This document shows, in pieces, positions 35,769 through 45,900 of a DNA stretch of 64,000 nucleotides (its first letter is position 1; the number at the start of each line of letters is the position of its first letter). Source of the stretch: Deltaproteobacteria bacterium (GTDB taxonomy: Bacteria > Myxococcota > Kuafuiibacteriia > Kuafuiibacteriales > Kuafuiibacteriaceae). Under the pieces are notes generated by a model. It had not been told where the DNA came from, did no database searches, and was given only the letters and a program-made list of their open reading frames with translations. The stretch covers positions 128,001 through 192,000 of the forward strand of contig JAVJQW010000033.1 of the NCBI GenBank assembly GCA_040218735.1, read 5' to 3'. Made by a program: the position numbers and the translations under genes.

Positions 35769-37232
35769 GTGCAGAAGGCACGGGTGGTCGTCGGCGCCGT
35801 ACTGGTGCTCCTGGTCTTGGTCCTCAACCCGTGGGTCATGGCGCCGCTCCTCCTCGACGACACCGAGCTGTGGCCCGTCACGCGCCAGCTCCTCCTCGTC
35901 TTCGACGCCATCTTCCTCGCGCTCGGTGGCTACATCCTCGTGATGCGGAACCGCCCCGCGAAGACCGTGCGCGGCATGTACGCCGACGTCGCGCTCATGA
36001 CGCTCAACGGGTTGCTCGCGTTCTTCGTCGTCAACGTGCTCGCCGCGCTCTGGCTCCAGTCCAAGGCCGACGACGCACCCAACGCCGAACGCCACTTCCA
36101 CCAGCCGCGCCACAAACTCCGCGACGATCCGGAGTTCATGAAGAAGCTCTACCCCGGTCTTTCGCTGGAGCAGATCGCCGAGGTCACACACACCCCGAAC
36201 GTCATCGCGCACCCGACGATCGAGTTCACCGAGCGCCCCGTGAAGTCGGAGTTCTACAACGTCGGATTCGAGAACATGCGCTACACCGGCTTCGTCAACG
36301 AGGCGAACGCCAAGGAGAAGATCAGCGGGAGCGTCTGGGTGCTCAGCGGCTCGACCGGCTTCGGTCACGGCGTCGCCGACGACCAGTCGCTCGTGCACTA
36401 CCTCGACGAGCTCGACGCCGACGCCACGTACATCAACTTCGCGTTCCAGGGCGCGATGCAACACAACGAGATCGACAAGGTCCTCCTCCTCCTCAAGAAG
36501 GGGTACCGCCCCAAACACATCATCTTCCTCGACGGCCTCAACGACACGATCTCCTGCCTCGGCACCAACTTCGCGCCGGAGGAGATCACACGCTTCCCGT
36601 GGACCGCGTACGGCTACACGTACAACATCAAGGCTTACTACCAGCAGAAGAGCATGTTCGGGATCGTCGGCGAGCTGCCGATCGGGCACGTCCTCGAACA
36701 GTGGCGCTCCGGCCTCGGTCCGGAGGTCGTGCACATCTCGAACGGGTACTCACGCACCGACGACCCCGACGATCTCTTCGTCACGAACCCGCGCGCGCAC
36801 TTCGCGAAGACCGATTACATGTACGTGAACAAGGTCGAGCACCTCGACCTCTACAAGAAGAAGATCCTCGACTACTACCGCGCGAACCTCGAGCTCATCC
36901 AACGCCTCGCCTTCGCCTACCGGTTCCGCGCGACGGTCGTGTTCCAGCCGAACGGGATGATCCTCGACACCAACGCCTTCATCAAAGACGTCGAGGCCTA
37001 CAAGAAGGAGGAGATCCATCAGCTCCTCGCGGGCATGTACGCGGCCGTCCGCGAGGCCCTCCGTGACCGCAAGATCCCACCGATGGTCGACCTCTCCGAC
37101 CTGCACGACGGGTGCACGGACTGCTACGTCGACCTCGCGCACTACCACCCCTCGTTCAACAAGAGGCTGGCCGCCGCGATCCTCGAAGCGACCACGATTC
37201 GGCCGATTGTCCCGCCTCCCACCGAACCGTGA
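35769..37232 (+). CDS. Membrane-anchored SGNH/GDSL-like hydrolase
   Basis: Three N-terminal TM helices; SGSTGFG, DGLND, FQP and DLAH (DxxH). Confidence 0.78.
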   Translation: MQKARVVVGAVLVLLVLVLNPWVMAPLLLDDTELWPVTRQLLLVFDAIFLALGGYILVMRNRPAKTVRGMYADVALMTLNGLLAFFVVNVLAALWLQSKADDAPNAERHFHQPRHKLRDDPEFMKKLYPGLSLEQIAEVTHTPNVIAHPTIEFTERPVKSEFYNVGFENMRYTGFVNEANAKEKISGSVWVLSGSTGFGHGVADDQSLVHYLDELDADATYINFAFQGAMQHNEIDKVLLLLKKGYRPKHIIFLDGLNDTISCLGTNFAPEEITRFPWTAYGYTYNIKAYYQQKSMFGIVGELPIGHVLEQWRSGLGPEVVHISNGYSRTDDPDDLFVTNPRAHFAKTDYMYVNKVEHLDLYKKKILDYYRANLELIQRLAFAYRFRATVVFQPNGMILDTNAFIKDVEAYKKEEIHQLLAGMYAAVREALRDRKIPPMVDLSDLHDGCTDCYVDLAHYHPSFNKRLAAAILEATTIRPIVPPPTEP

Positions 37233-37233
37233 T

Positions 37234-37262
37234 CTGACAGATCCGATTCGAGTCGTTATCCT
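37234..37262 (+). promoter_or_regulatory. Putative sigma70-type leaderless promoter
   Basis: CTGACA, 17 bp, TATCCT, then 7 nt to an in-frame CTG at 37270. Confidence 0.55.
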
Positions 37263-37269
37263 ACGAACG

Positions 37270-38940
37270 CTGAGCGGCGCCGCACACTTCCCCGAGCGAT
37301 TCGGGCCCTTCATCCTGCTCCGCGAGCTCGGCGCCGGCGGGATGGGCTCCGCCTACCTCGCGATCCACCCCGACTCCGAGGCGCTCCTCGTCGTCAAGCG
37401 GATGCACCCGGAGCTGATGCGCGACGACACGATCTTCAAACGCTTCATCCACGAAGCGGAGGTCGCAGCGCACGTCCGCCACCCCAACGTCGCGGGCCTG
37501 GTCGCGATGGGCACCATCGACCGCGAGCCGTTCCTCGCCACGGAGTTCGTGTTCGGGATCCAGGTCAGCCAGATCGTCGAGCGCGTCGAACAGGCGATCA
37601 TCGATCCCATTCCGCTGCACGTCGTGCTGTTCATGGCGCTGGAGCTCCTCGCCGGGCTCGACGGCATCCACGAGGCCTGCCACCACGAAACCGGCGCGCC
37701 GCTCGGGCTCATCCACCGCGACGTCGGCTCGCGCAATGTGCTCGTCGGGTTCGACGGTCGCGTGCGCCTGATCGACCTCGGCCTCGGCAAGTCGATCCTC
37801 TCCGACTGGCAGACCGCCCACCAGGTGCTCGCCGGGTCACCGGACTACATGCCGCCCGAGCAGGCGATGGGCGCAAAGGTCGACAAACGCGCCGACGTGT
37901 ACGCGTCGGCCGTGACGATCTGGGAGATGCTCGCGGGGAAGAAGCGCATCCGCGAAGACGGTGTCGCCGCGCGCCTCAGCCGCGCGGTGGGCGCACAGCC
38001 GGAGCCGCTGCTGCCGTTCCGCCCGGAGGCGACGCAGCGGTTGGAGGCGATCCTCAAGCAGGGGATGGCGACGGACCCGGACGTCCGCACGCCGACCGCC
38101 GGCATCCTCGCCAAGACGTTGGAGGAGGAGCTGCGTGCCTTGAAGCGTCGCGCGGAGCGCCAGGAGGTGATCGACTGGCTCGACGCCGCCTGCGCGACGG
38201 TCATCGCCAAGGAGCGACGGTTGTTGGACGACGCGGTCGCCGCGTCGCGCAACCTCGGCGCGCCGCGCAAGAACCCGCACACGCAGATGTTCGTGCAGGC
38301 GCGACACGGGCCGTTCAGCGAGGCGAACGCGTATCGCTTCTACGACGCACCGAACGCCGCGCCGGATCCGAGCGACGCGATCGGCGAGCCTTCGAAGATG
38401 TCGCTGACGTTGGACAAGATCGGCGCGAGTCAGACGCTCGGTGCGCTCGCCGCGTTGGTGGATCCGACGAACCTGAGGAACGCGCCGCTGTGGGTGAAGA
38501 TCGCGGGCGGGATGCTCGCGTTCCTCTTCGTCGTGCTCGTGAGCTCGGTGACGTACGTGCTCCTCGTCCCGTCGGCGCCGACCGCGAAGCCGTTGCCGAA
38601 GGCGCCGAAACCTCCGCCGGTCGTCGTCGCGCCTCCGCCGCCGTCCGACGTCGAGCTCGTGGCGCCGCCGCCGGTGGAGCCGCCGCCGCCGGTGGAGCCG
38701 CCGCCGCCCCCGGTCGAGCCCCCGCCTCCGCCGCCGTCGACGACCACCACGCGTGTCAGCTCCGACGTGAAGCGTCGGAAATCGCAGCTCGTCTCGCGGA
38801 TCCGCGACCTGCGTCGCGTGAAGTACGACGTGCGTTGGCAGAAGCGGCTCACCAAGCTCTCTGCTCGTCTGAGCTCGGCGCGGTCGAACCGATCACTCGA
38901 CAGCATCGAACGTTCGATTCGTCAGATGGAGCGCGAGTAG
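37270..38940 (+). CDS. Membrane Ser/Thr protein kinase (paralog of 3446..5044), probable CTG start
   Basis: GAGGMG, LVVK, HRDVGSRN, DLG, GSPDYMPPEQ; TM helix, VEPPPP repeats and a basic helical tail. Confidence 0.9.
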   Translation: MSGAAHFPERFGPFILLRELGAGGMGSAYLAIHPDSEALLVVKRMHPELMRDDTIFKRFIHEAEVAAHVRHPNVAGLVAMGTIDREPFLATEFVFGIQVSQIVERVEQAIIDPIPLHVVLFMALELLAGLDGIHEACHHETGAPLGLIHRDVGSRNVLVGFDGRVRLIDLGLGKSILSDWQTAHQVLAGSPDYMPPEQAMGAKVDKRADVYASAVTIWEMLAGKKRIREDGVAARLSRAVGAQPEPLLPFRPEATQRLEAILKQGMATDPDVRTPTAGILAKTLEEELRALKRRAERQEVIDWLDAACATVIAKERRLLDDAVAASRNLGAPRKNPHTQMFVQARHGPFSEANAYRFYDAPNAAPDPSDAIGEPSKMSLTLDKIGASQTLGALAALVDPTNLRNAPLWVKIAGGMLAFLFVVLVSSVTYVLLVPSAPTAKPLPKAPKPPPVVVAPPPPSDVELVAPPPVEPPPPVEPPPPPVEPPPPPPSTTTTRVSSDVKRRKSQLVSRIRDLRRVKYDVRWQKRLTKLSARLSSARSNRSLDSIERSIRQMERE

Positions 38941-39636
38941 CTACTCGCCGGGCGCCTCGGGGCTCTTCAGCGCGCGCCGCGCGACCCTCGAGAGCCACGC
39001 GACGATCGCGCCGACCGCGACCAGGCCGACGATCAGCAGGATGCGCCGCTCGTCGGACGCGGCTTCGTCGAGGCGCGTGAAGTCCTCGACGATCGTGCCG
39101 AGCTGGAGCGCGAGGACCTGCGCGGGGAGGATGCCGATCAGCGTGCCGATCGCCATCGCCCTGGGGCGGACGCCGGACGCGCCGAGCACGTAGTTCTGGA
39201 CGGAGAACGGCGCCCACGGAGCGAGGCGGCTGAGGATGACCGCGCGGAGCTCCTTGTTCGCGACCTCTTCACGGATCGCGCGCAGCACCGGGCGGCGCTC
39301 GATCATCCGGACGACGCGGCCGGCGAGGATCGTGCGCGCGAGGAGCACCGCGATCACGCCGCCGAGCATGGCGGCGGGGAGGGTGAGCGCGAGGCCGACG
39401 GCCGTGCCGTAGACCATGCCCGCCGTGACCGTGAGGAAGAACATCGGCACGACGACAATCGTCGCGAGGACGTAGACGAAGAAGAAGACCACCATGCCGA
39501 CGGTGCCGGCTTCGCGCAGGTAGAGGACGCCCTCCGCCGCGAGCGCGCGAACGTCGATGAAGACGGACGCGACCAGCACCGCGAGGAGCGGGATCGCGAG
39601 GAGCCACTTCGAACGATTGGGTGCCGGCGTCGACAG
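38941..39636 (-). CDS. TVP38/TMEM64 (DedA/VTT domain) membrane protein
   Basis: AGMVYG...G; RLAPWAPFSVQNYVLG; GTLIGILP. The frame extends beyond GTG 39579 to CTG 39636. Confidence 0.88.
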   Translation of the reverse strand: MSTPAPNRSKWLLAIPLLAVLVASVFIDVRALAAEGVLYLREAGTVGMVVFFFVYVLATIVVVPMFFLTVTAGMVYGTAVGLALTLPAAMLGGVIAVLLARTILAGRVVRMIERRPVLRAIREEVANKELRAVILSRLAPWAPFSVQNYVLGASGVRPRAMAIGTLIGILPAQVLALQLGTIVEDFTRLDEAASDERRILLIVGLVAVGAIVAWLSRVARRALKSPEAPGE

Positions 39637-39675
39637 GGTGGGGGGAGTCTAACGCAGCCGCGAGGCGATTCGGTG

Positions 39676-40614
39676 TCAGAGACCGCCGCCGACGGAGCCG
39701 CCGCCACCGCCGCCGGAGCCGGAGCCGCCGCCGCCGGAGCCGCCGCCGCCCGAACCCGAGCCGCCGTCGCCGCACTCCGCGGGGGCGTCGATGCGGTAGG
39801 CCTCGCCGTCGTCGACCGCGACGCGGCCCGATCGGTCGTGCTGGACGCGAACGGTGCACACGCCTTCGATGGTGTTGTCGTCGTCGTCCCACGCCCGCCA
39901 GCCGAGGTGGTAGACGCGGCCGTTCTCGTTGCCGCTGCGCTCGGCGCGCAGCTCGACGCTGCCGCAAGTCAGGTTGCGGATGTCGGGTTCGTGGTTGCCG
40001 TCGCCGAGGCCGTTCACGACCTCGTCGCTGCTCGCCCACAGGAACTCGACCTCGACGTCTCCGTCACAGTCGTCCGTCACCGTGACGCAGTCGTCGACGT
40101 CGATGGTGTGGAACTTGTGGTTCGGCGGCCAGAGGCTCACCTCGTGCTCCGCGACCGTCGGCGTGCTCGTGTCTTCGACGATCAGCGTCGCCGTGCAGAT
40201 CTCGGCGTCGTTGTCGGCTGCGTCCGTGACGACGATGGTGTGCTCACCGACGTCGTAGGGGCCGGGGTCGTTCACTTCGAGCGTCGCGCCCGCGCAGATC
40301 GACGCGTCGAGCGGCACCTGGATCTCGTCGAAGGTCGTGCCGTTCTCGGAGGTGCATTCGATCGTGTGCGTCTCGCCGCACTCGAAGTCCTCCGCGGGCA
40401 ACATCACCGTGGGGTCCGCGCAGACGGCCACCAGGTTGGCGGTCTCGGAGCCGGTGGGTCCGTTGCTGCAGGCGACGAGCGCGAGGGCTGTGAGGGCCCA
40501 TGCACCTTTTGTATACGTCCGGTCTGCGAAGGGGGTTCGGAGCGCCTTCGACCCCGCAAAAGCCGGGTTCGAGGTGCTCGGTGTGGATGAAATCTCGAAT
40601 GATTTCGCGGTCAC
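39676..40614 (-). CDS. Lipoprotein with an Ig/HYR-like domain, an LWPPNHK domain and a Gly/Ser tail
   Basis: LVAC lipobox; LWPPNHK; LRAERSG..NGRVY; poly-GS tail. Confidence 0.78.
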   Translation of the reverse strand: MTAKSFEISSTPSTSNPAFAGSKALRTPFADRTYTKGAWALTALALVACSNGPTGSETANLVAVCADPTVMLPAEDFECGETHTIECTSENGTTFDEIQVPLDASICAGATLEVNDPGPYDVGEHTIVVTDAADNDAEICTATLIVEDTSTPTVAEHEVSLWPPNHKFHTIDVDDCVTVTDDCDGDVEVEFLWASSDEVVNGLGDGNHEPDIRNLTCGSVELRAERSGNENGRVYHLGWRAWDDDDNTIEGVCTVRVQHDRSGRVAVDDGEAYRIDAPAECGDGGSGSGGGGSGGGGSGSGGGGGGSVGGGL

Positions 40615-40656
40615 GACAGATCATAGCACCTCCGCTTCGCGGTGCATCCGACGATC

Positions 40657-42927
40657 TTACAGGGCGTCGACGAGCACCCGCACCGGAGACGACGCGAGGC
40701 CCTCGGCGCGGGCTTCGAAGATGTGGTCGCCGGGCGCCAACGGCCACCGCGCGGTGAACGGTCTCGACACGGTCTTGAACGGCACGCCGTCGACGTACCA
40801 GACGAGCTCCTGCACGCGCGGGTCGGCCTCCGCGACCAGCGCCATCGTGGACGCGTGGGCGGGGGACTCCGGGTCGCGCATCACGCGCGTGCCGGGCGCG
40901 GGCCGCAGCACCTTGGGACGCTGCCGACGATGCACGTCGATCGAGGGCGCGGGTGGCGGCGTCTCGAACGATTGCGTCGCCGCCCACGACGCGTACCGCG
41001 CGGGGAGTTTCACGAACGTGCGCGGTCGTCCGTCGACGTGACCGCGGACGTGCACGCTGCACGGCTCGCTGGGCGCCTCGCCAGGGGCGAAGTGTTCGAC
41101 GAACGCCTTCTCACAGTGGTGCGTCGCGCGCTGGCCCGACATCGCGCAGACCTCCGCCGGCGTGTGTCCGTCCGGAGGCGGGAAGGCACGGTCCGCGAAT
41201 CCGTCGAGGTCGTCGGTGTGGAGGTGCTCGACGACGCGGCGCACGACGTACGACGCGGTGGTGCCGCCGACGTGCCGCATGGGTCGGGCGTCGGGGCGCC
41301 CGAGCCAGACGCCGACGACGTAGCGCGGGGTGTACGCGATCGTCCACGCGTCGCGGTAGCCCTGCGATGTGCCCGTCTTCAGCGCCACCGGGAACGCGTA
41401 CTCCGAGGCGCCCATGCGGCGGAACGTCGGGAGGCGCGCGAGTGGGTCGGCGAGGTACGCCGTGATTCGACGCGCCGACGCAGCCGACAACACCCGGCGC
41501 GAAGGTGCTCGCGAGGGCGTGAAGTGCGCGGCGGTGAACCGCCCGTCGTTGGCGAGCGCGGCGTACGCGGAGACGACGTCGAACAGCGAGACCGGGAGGA
41601 GCCCGAGCGCGAGGCCCACGCCGTAGTGATCGGCGGAGCGTTCGTGGTCGTGCAAGTCCAGCGTCGCGAACAGATCGTACGTGGTTCCGAGCCCGAGCTG
41701 ATCGACGAGGTTGGCGGCCGGGACGTTGCGCGAGTTGGCGAGCGCCACCCGCGGGAGCAACGGACCCAAGAAGCGGTGGTCGGCGTTGTGCACGCCGCCG
41801 CGCGCGCGGAACAGATCGTCGACGATCGTCGCGGGGGTGATCACGCCGCGGTCCAGCGCGAGCCCGTAGACGAACGGCTTGAGCGTGCTCCCCGGGGGTC
41901 GCGGCGTGGCGGCGAAGTCGATCGCACCCGCCGCGTCCTCCTCGAAGTAACCGGCGGACCCGACGTACGCGACGACCTCCATCGTGGTGTGGTCGACGAC
42001 GACCAGCGCGCCGTTGTCGACGTTGCGCTCGGTGAGGTCGAGGACGGCGCCCGAGAGCTCTTGTTCGAGCGTCTCTTGCAGCTCGAGATCGAGGGAGGTA
42101 CGGACGATCGTCTTGGGCACCGCGTTCCGCATCCGCAGCAGCGCGTGGAGCGTGGAAGTGGGCCGCACCGGGCGCGCGGGGATCGCGATGCGTTCGATCT
42201 GTTCGTGCGCGAGTGAGAGGTCGGCGCCGGAGAGCACGGCCGCCTCCGCGAGCCCGTCGAGGATCTCGTGCCCGCGCGCGATTGCCCGCTCGCGGCCGCG
42301 CCAGTCGTACGGATTCATGCGCGAGGGGGACTGCGGGATGGCGCTCAGAAACGCGATCTCCGCGAACGACAGATCCGTGGCCGGTTTGTCGAAGTAACGC
42401 CGCGCCGCGAAGTCGATGCCACGCACGCGATTGCTGTACGGCGCGATGCGCAGGTAGTGCTCCAGCACCGCGTCGCGTCCGAAGCGGCCGACCAACATCA
42501 TCGCGGTGAGCGCTTCGATGGCCTTCTTCGGATACGTGCGCGCGCCCGGGTCCTGCATCCGGGCGACCTGCATCGGGATCGTCGATGCACCGGAGACGTG
42601 GCGACCCGAACGTACGTTGGAGACGAACGCCCGAACCGCCGCCACCAGGTCGACGCCGGGGTGCGACCAGAAACGTTTGTCCTCGATCGCGATCATCGCG
42701 GCCGCCACGCGCGGCGGCATCGGGTTCACCGGCCAGTAACCCATCGGGGCGTCCGGGTTCGCGAGCTCCCCCAGGAACCGCCCGTGCCGGTCGACCACCA
42801 GTCGCGTCGGCTCGGGCGCGACGAGCTCGGCCTTCGACCACGCGACCGCCGCCGCGAAACACACCGCCGCACCGAGGGCTCCCCCGATACTCAGTAGAAT
42901 CGCTTCGCGGCGCGTGGTTCGACGCAA
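40657..42927 (-). CDS. pbpC: Penicillin-binding protein 1C
   Basis: Transglycosylase motifs EDKRF..H.GVD and GASTI.MQ; transpeptidase motifs STLK, SRN and KTGT; C-terminal WYVDG domain; directly follows the macroglobulin gene. Confidence 0.93.
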   Translation of the reverse strand: MRRTTRREAILLSIGGALGAAVCFAAAVAWSKAELVAPEPTRLVVDRHGRFLGELANPDAPMGYWPVNPMPPRVAAAMIAIEDKRFWSHPGVDLVAAVRAFVSNVRSGRHVSGASTIPMQVARMQDPGARTYPKKAIEALTAMMLVGRFGRDAVLEHYLRIAPYSNRVRGIDFAARRYFDKPATDLSFAEIAFLSAIPQSPSRMNPYDWRGRERAIARGHEILDGLAEAAVLSGADLSLAHEQIERIAIPARPVRPTSTLHALLRMRNAVPKTIVRTSLDLELQETLEQELSGAVLDLTERNVDNGALVVVDHTTMEVVAYVGSAGYFEEDAAGAIDFAATPRPPGSTLKPFVYGLALDRGVITPATIVDDLFRARGGVHNADHRFLGPLLPRVALANSRNVPAANLVDQLGLGTTYDLFATLDLHDHERSADHYGVGLALGLLPVSLFDVVSAYAALANDGRFTAAHFTPSRAPSRRVLSAASARRITAYLADPLARLPTFRRMGASEYAFPVALKTGTSQGYRDAWTIAYTPRYVVGVWLGRPDARPMRHVGGTTASYVVRRVVEHLHTDDLDGFADRAFPPPDGHTPAEVCAMSGQRATHHCEKAFVEHFAPGEAPSEPCSVHVRGHVDGRPRTFVKLPARYASWAATQSFETPPPAPSIDVHRRQRPKVLRPAPGTRVMRDPESPAHASTMALVAEADPRVQELVWYVDGVPFKTVSRPFTARWPLAPGDHIFEARAEGLASSPVRVLVDAL

Positions 42928-42930
42928 CGC

Positions 42931-45900
42931 CTACTCCTTCGCCTTCACCACGACGCGCGCGCCGGGCGAGCGCCCGAACACAGTGCCGTCGTACATCATC
43001 GACGTCTCCGCGGGCGGCTGTGTGAACGTGCCGGTCGTGGAAGCGCGCGTGCGGAAGTAGAAGTCGTAGGTCCCCTTGGCGAGGGTGTCGAAGTAGTACG
43101 TCACGTGGTCGTCCATGAACGCGAGGTACGTCGGCGCCACCGTATTGGCGGTCGACGGCTTCGCCTCGGCGGGGGCCGTCGCGAGGTTCGGGTTCATCGG
43201 CTCCAGACCCGCCGCGAGCGGTACGCGCACCGCGACGTAGGCGCGGTCCTGCGGGTTCACGACCTGCACGTGCTCCTCGACGACGTCCCCGACGCGCAGC
43301 TCCAGCGTCTGGTTCGCCTCGGCGATCGGACGTTTCTCCGCGGGGCCCCCCTCGCGCACCAGCAGGTGCCGCCGCGTGGTGACGAAGCCCTTCGACTTGG
43401 CGTCCACCGACGACCCCGACTTCGCCGGCACGTGCCGCGTCTCGACGCGGACGAGGATCGGCGTGCTCCCGCGGTTCACGATCGTCATCGCCTCCACGCG
43501 GTCGGTGGCGAAGTGCTCCACCGGTTGCGCCCCGCCGATGCGGACCGTCTTCTTGGTGCGGCCCGACTGGATGTCCACGCGGTGGGACGGCGCGCCGTCG
43601 TTGGCCTTCAGCACCTCGCTCAGCGCGAGCAGCGCCGCGGCGTCGGCGTTCGTCGAGCCCCACCCGTCACCGCGTCCCAACGTGGTGAGCGCAGCGACGA
43701 GCACCGGGAGCTTGGCGCCGTCGCGGTCGATCATCGCTTGCGCACGTGTGATCTCCGCGAGCGTACGGGTCTCGCTGGGGAGGATCAGCGACGGCCCCGC
43801 GCCGTGTCGGTCCTGCAGTCCGCCGTAGATCTCCTTGCCCTGGTGACGCCGGACGATCACGCCGTCCCACATCGTCTTGTTCAGGCTCTCGATCGTCGGC
43901 TGGTGTTGCTGGCCGGACAGCATGAACGCCTGCGCGACCCCGGCGACGCTCTCCAGGCCCAGGAACTGCGACTTGTTGGACAGCTCCGCCGCGTAGGCCG
44001 CGTCGAAGCGCTTCGCCCGCGCGAGCGCCGCCAGCGACATCACCCGCTCCGACCACGCCGCGCCGTTCACGAAGCTCGCGTAGTCGGAGCGCAAGGCGCG
44101 TTGCAGCGACGAAACGTAGCGCGACATCAGCTGTTGGTTCACGACGAAGCCCGCCGCGCGCGCCTCCACCATCAGCTCCAGCGCGTCGGCGGTCAGCCAC
44201 ACGTAACCCGTCGATCCCGGCCACTGCCCGACGAGCCCGCCGCCGGTCGTGCATCGTTCGACGAAAGCGAGCGTCTCGAGCACGCCGCGTCGGGTGACCG
44301 AGATGTCGCGTTCGATGTGCAGCAGCTCGACGAACTTCTGCGTGGCGACCAAGGCCCGCGCGCGGCTGATCTGCGCCTCCGCGTTGCCGTGCGGGTACCG
44401 CTCCAGCGCGTTGAGCGAGGACGCCATGTGCACCAACGCCGGCTCCGTCGACACCAACACCGTGCGCTGCGCCGTGCCCGGCCGCGCGGGCGCCGCGAGG
44501 CCTGGGATGTCGCGCTTCTTACCGGGCTCGATGATCTCCAGGATGCGCCCGCGCTCCTCGGAGCGGTCCGGCCGAAGGGGGATCTGCACGGCGAACGCGT
44601 CCCGCGCGTTGTCCGCGTTGCGGTTCACGGCGAGCGTCAGCTTCACGCTCGGATCCCCCTTCGCGGCGAAGTCCGGGGAGGCGGCCTCCATCGAGAACAA
44701 CACCGGCGTCGGCCGATTCTTCACGAGGGTGACGGAGCGTTTCTTGGCGCCATCGACCTTCACGTTCTCCGCCGCGAGCTCGACGCGCCCCGCGCCGCCT
44801 TCACCCTCGACCACACGCGCGATCCCGCCGCCGTCGAAGCGGTCGGCCGCCCGGACGAAGCGCGGCAAGCTGGGTTGCACCAACACGGGGAGGCGCACGG
44901 AGATGGTGCTCTTCGCGACGCCGAACCGGTCCGACCCGCTCACGGCTTTCGCGCGGATCTTGAAGTTCGTCAGGTTGTCGGGGAGAGGGATGTCGATCGT
45001 GACGACCCCGCTCTTCGGGACCTGCACCGCCGGCAGGTACACCGGGACTGTCTTGAAGTTCTTCCGCACCGTGACCTTGTCGAGGAGGCTGTCCGCGGCG
45101 CGCATCTCGTCGTCCGCCTCCGCGCCGTCGCCGCCCGGGTTCTCGGCGTAGGTCCGCCGCCCGAAGACCGCGTTGCGCGTGTCGGCGATCGAGAGGTACG
45201 TCTCGGCCCGCGTGATGAACGCGCCGAGCGGGTCGAGCTTCTGCTCCTTGCCCAGCGCGAGCACGGCCTGGTCGACGAGCCACAGCGTCACCTCCGCCGG
45301 CTGCCCGCGACCCTTTCGGTCGGTGACGCGGATCTTCATCTTCACCTTCTCACCGGGCTGCGCGCGCGCCGGGTGGTCGAGCTCGACGTTCACCTGGTGC
45401 TCGACGGGCCGCACCTCGATCCACTTCGTCGACGCCAACGTCCACGGCTTGAGTTTGTCCTCCAGCGAAGACTGCTTCGGCGGCGCCCCCGCGCGCCCTC
45501 GCATCAACACGAAGTGCACCGGCAACCGCGGGACCTCGTTCTTCTTCACGACGTGGCGGTAAGTCGCCGCGCCGGCCTTCACGTCGATCCACTCGTAGCG
45601 GTTGCGGTCCGGGCCCTCGACGACGACCAGCGCTCGGCCGTTCGCAAACGGGCTCTTCAGGAGGAACGTCGCCTTGTCGCCGGGCTCGTACGTCGCCTTG
45701 TCCGTCGCGACCTCGAACGTATCGTCCTCCGGCTTCTGCCACGTCACGGTCTGGTCGCCGCCGACGTACAGGTCGACGGACACCACCTGCGCGCGCCCCA
45801 GTCGATCCCGCCCCGCGACCTCGACCACATAGACGCCGCCCGTCTCGATCGGTAGGTCGATCGCCTGCGGCGCGGCGCCGGACTTCAGCTTCTTCTCCAT

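Noticed and set aside
38630-39775. Similar CCGCCG/GGAGCCG tracts at about 38630-38740 and 39680-39775
   Set aside because: Low-complexity poly-Pro (plus strand) and poly-Gly/Ser (minus strand) coding; coincidental similarity.
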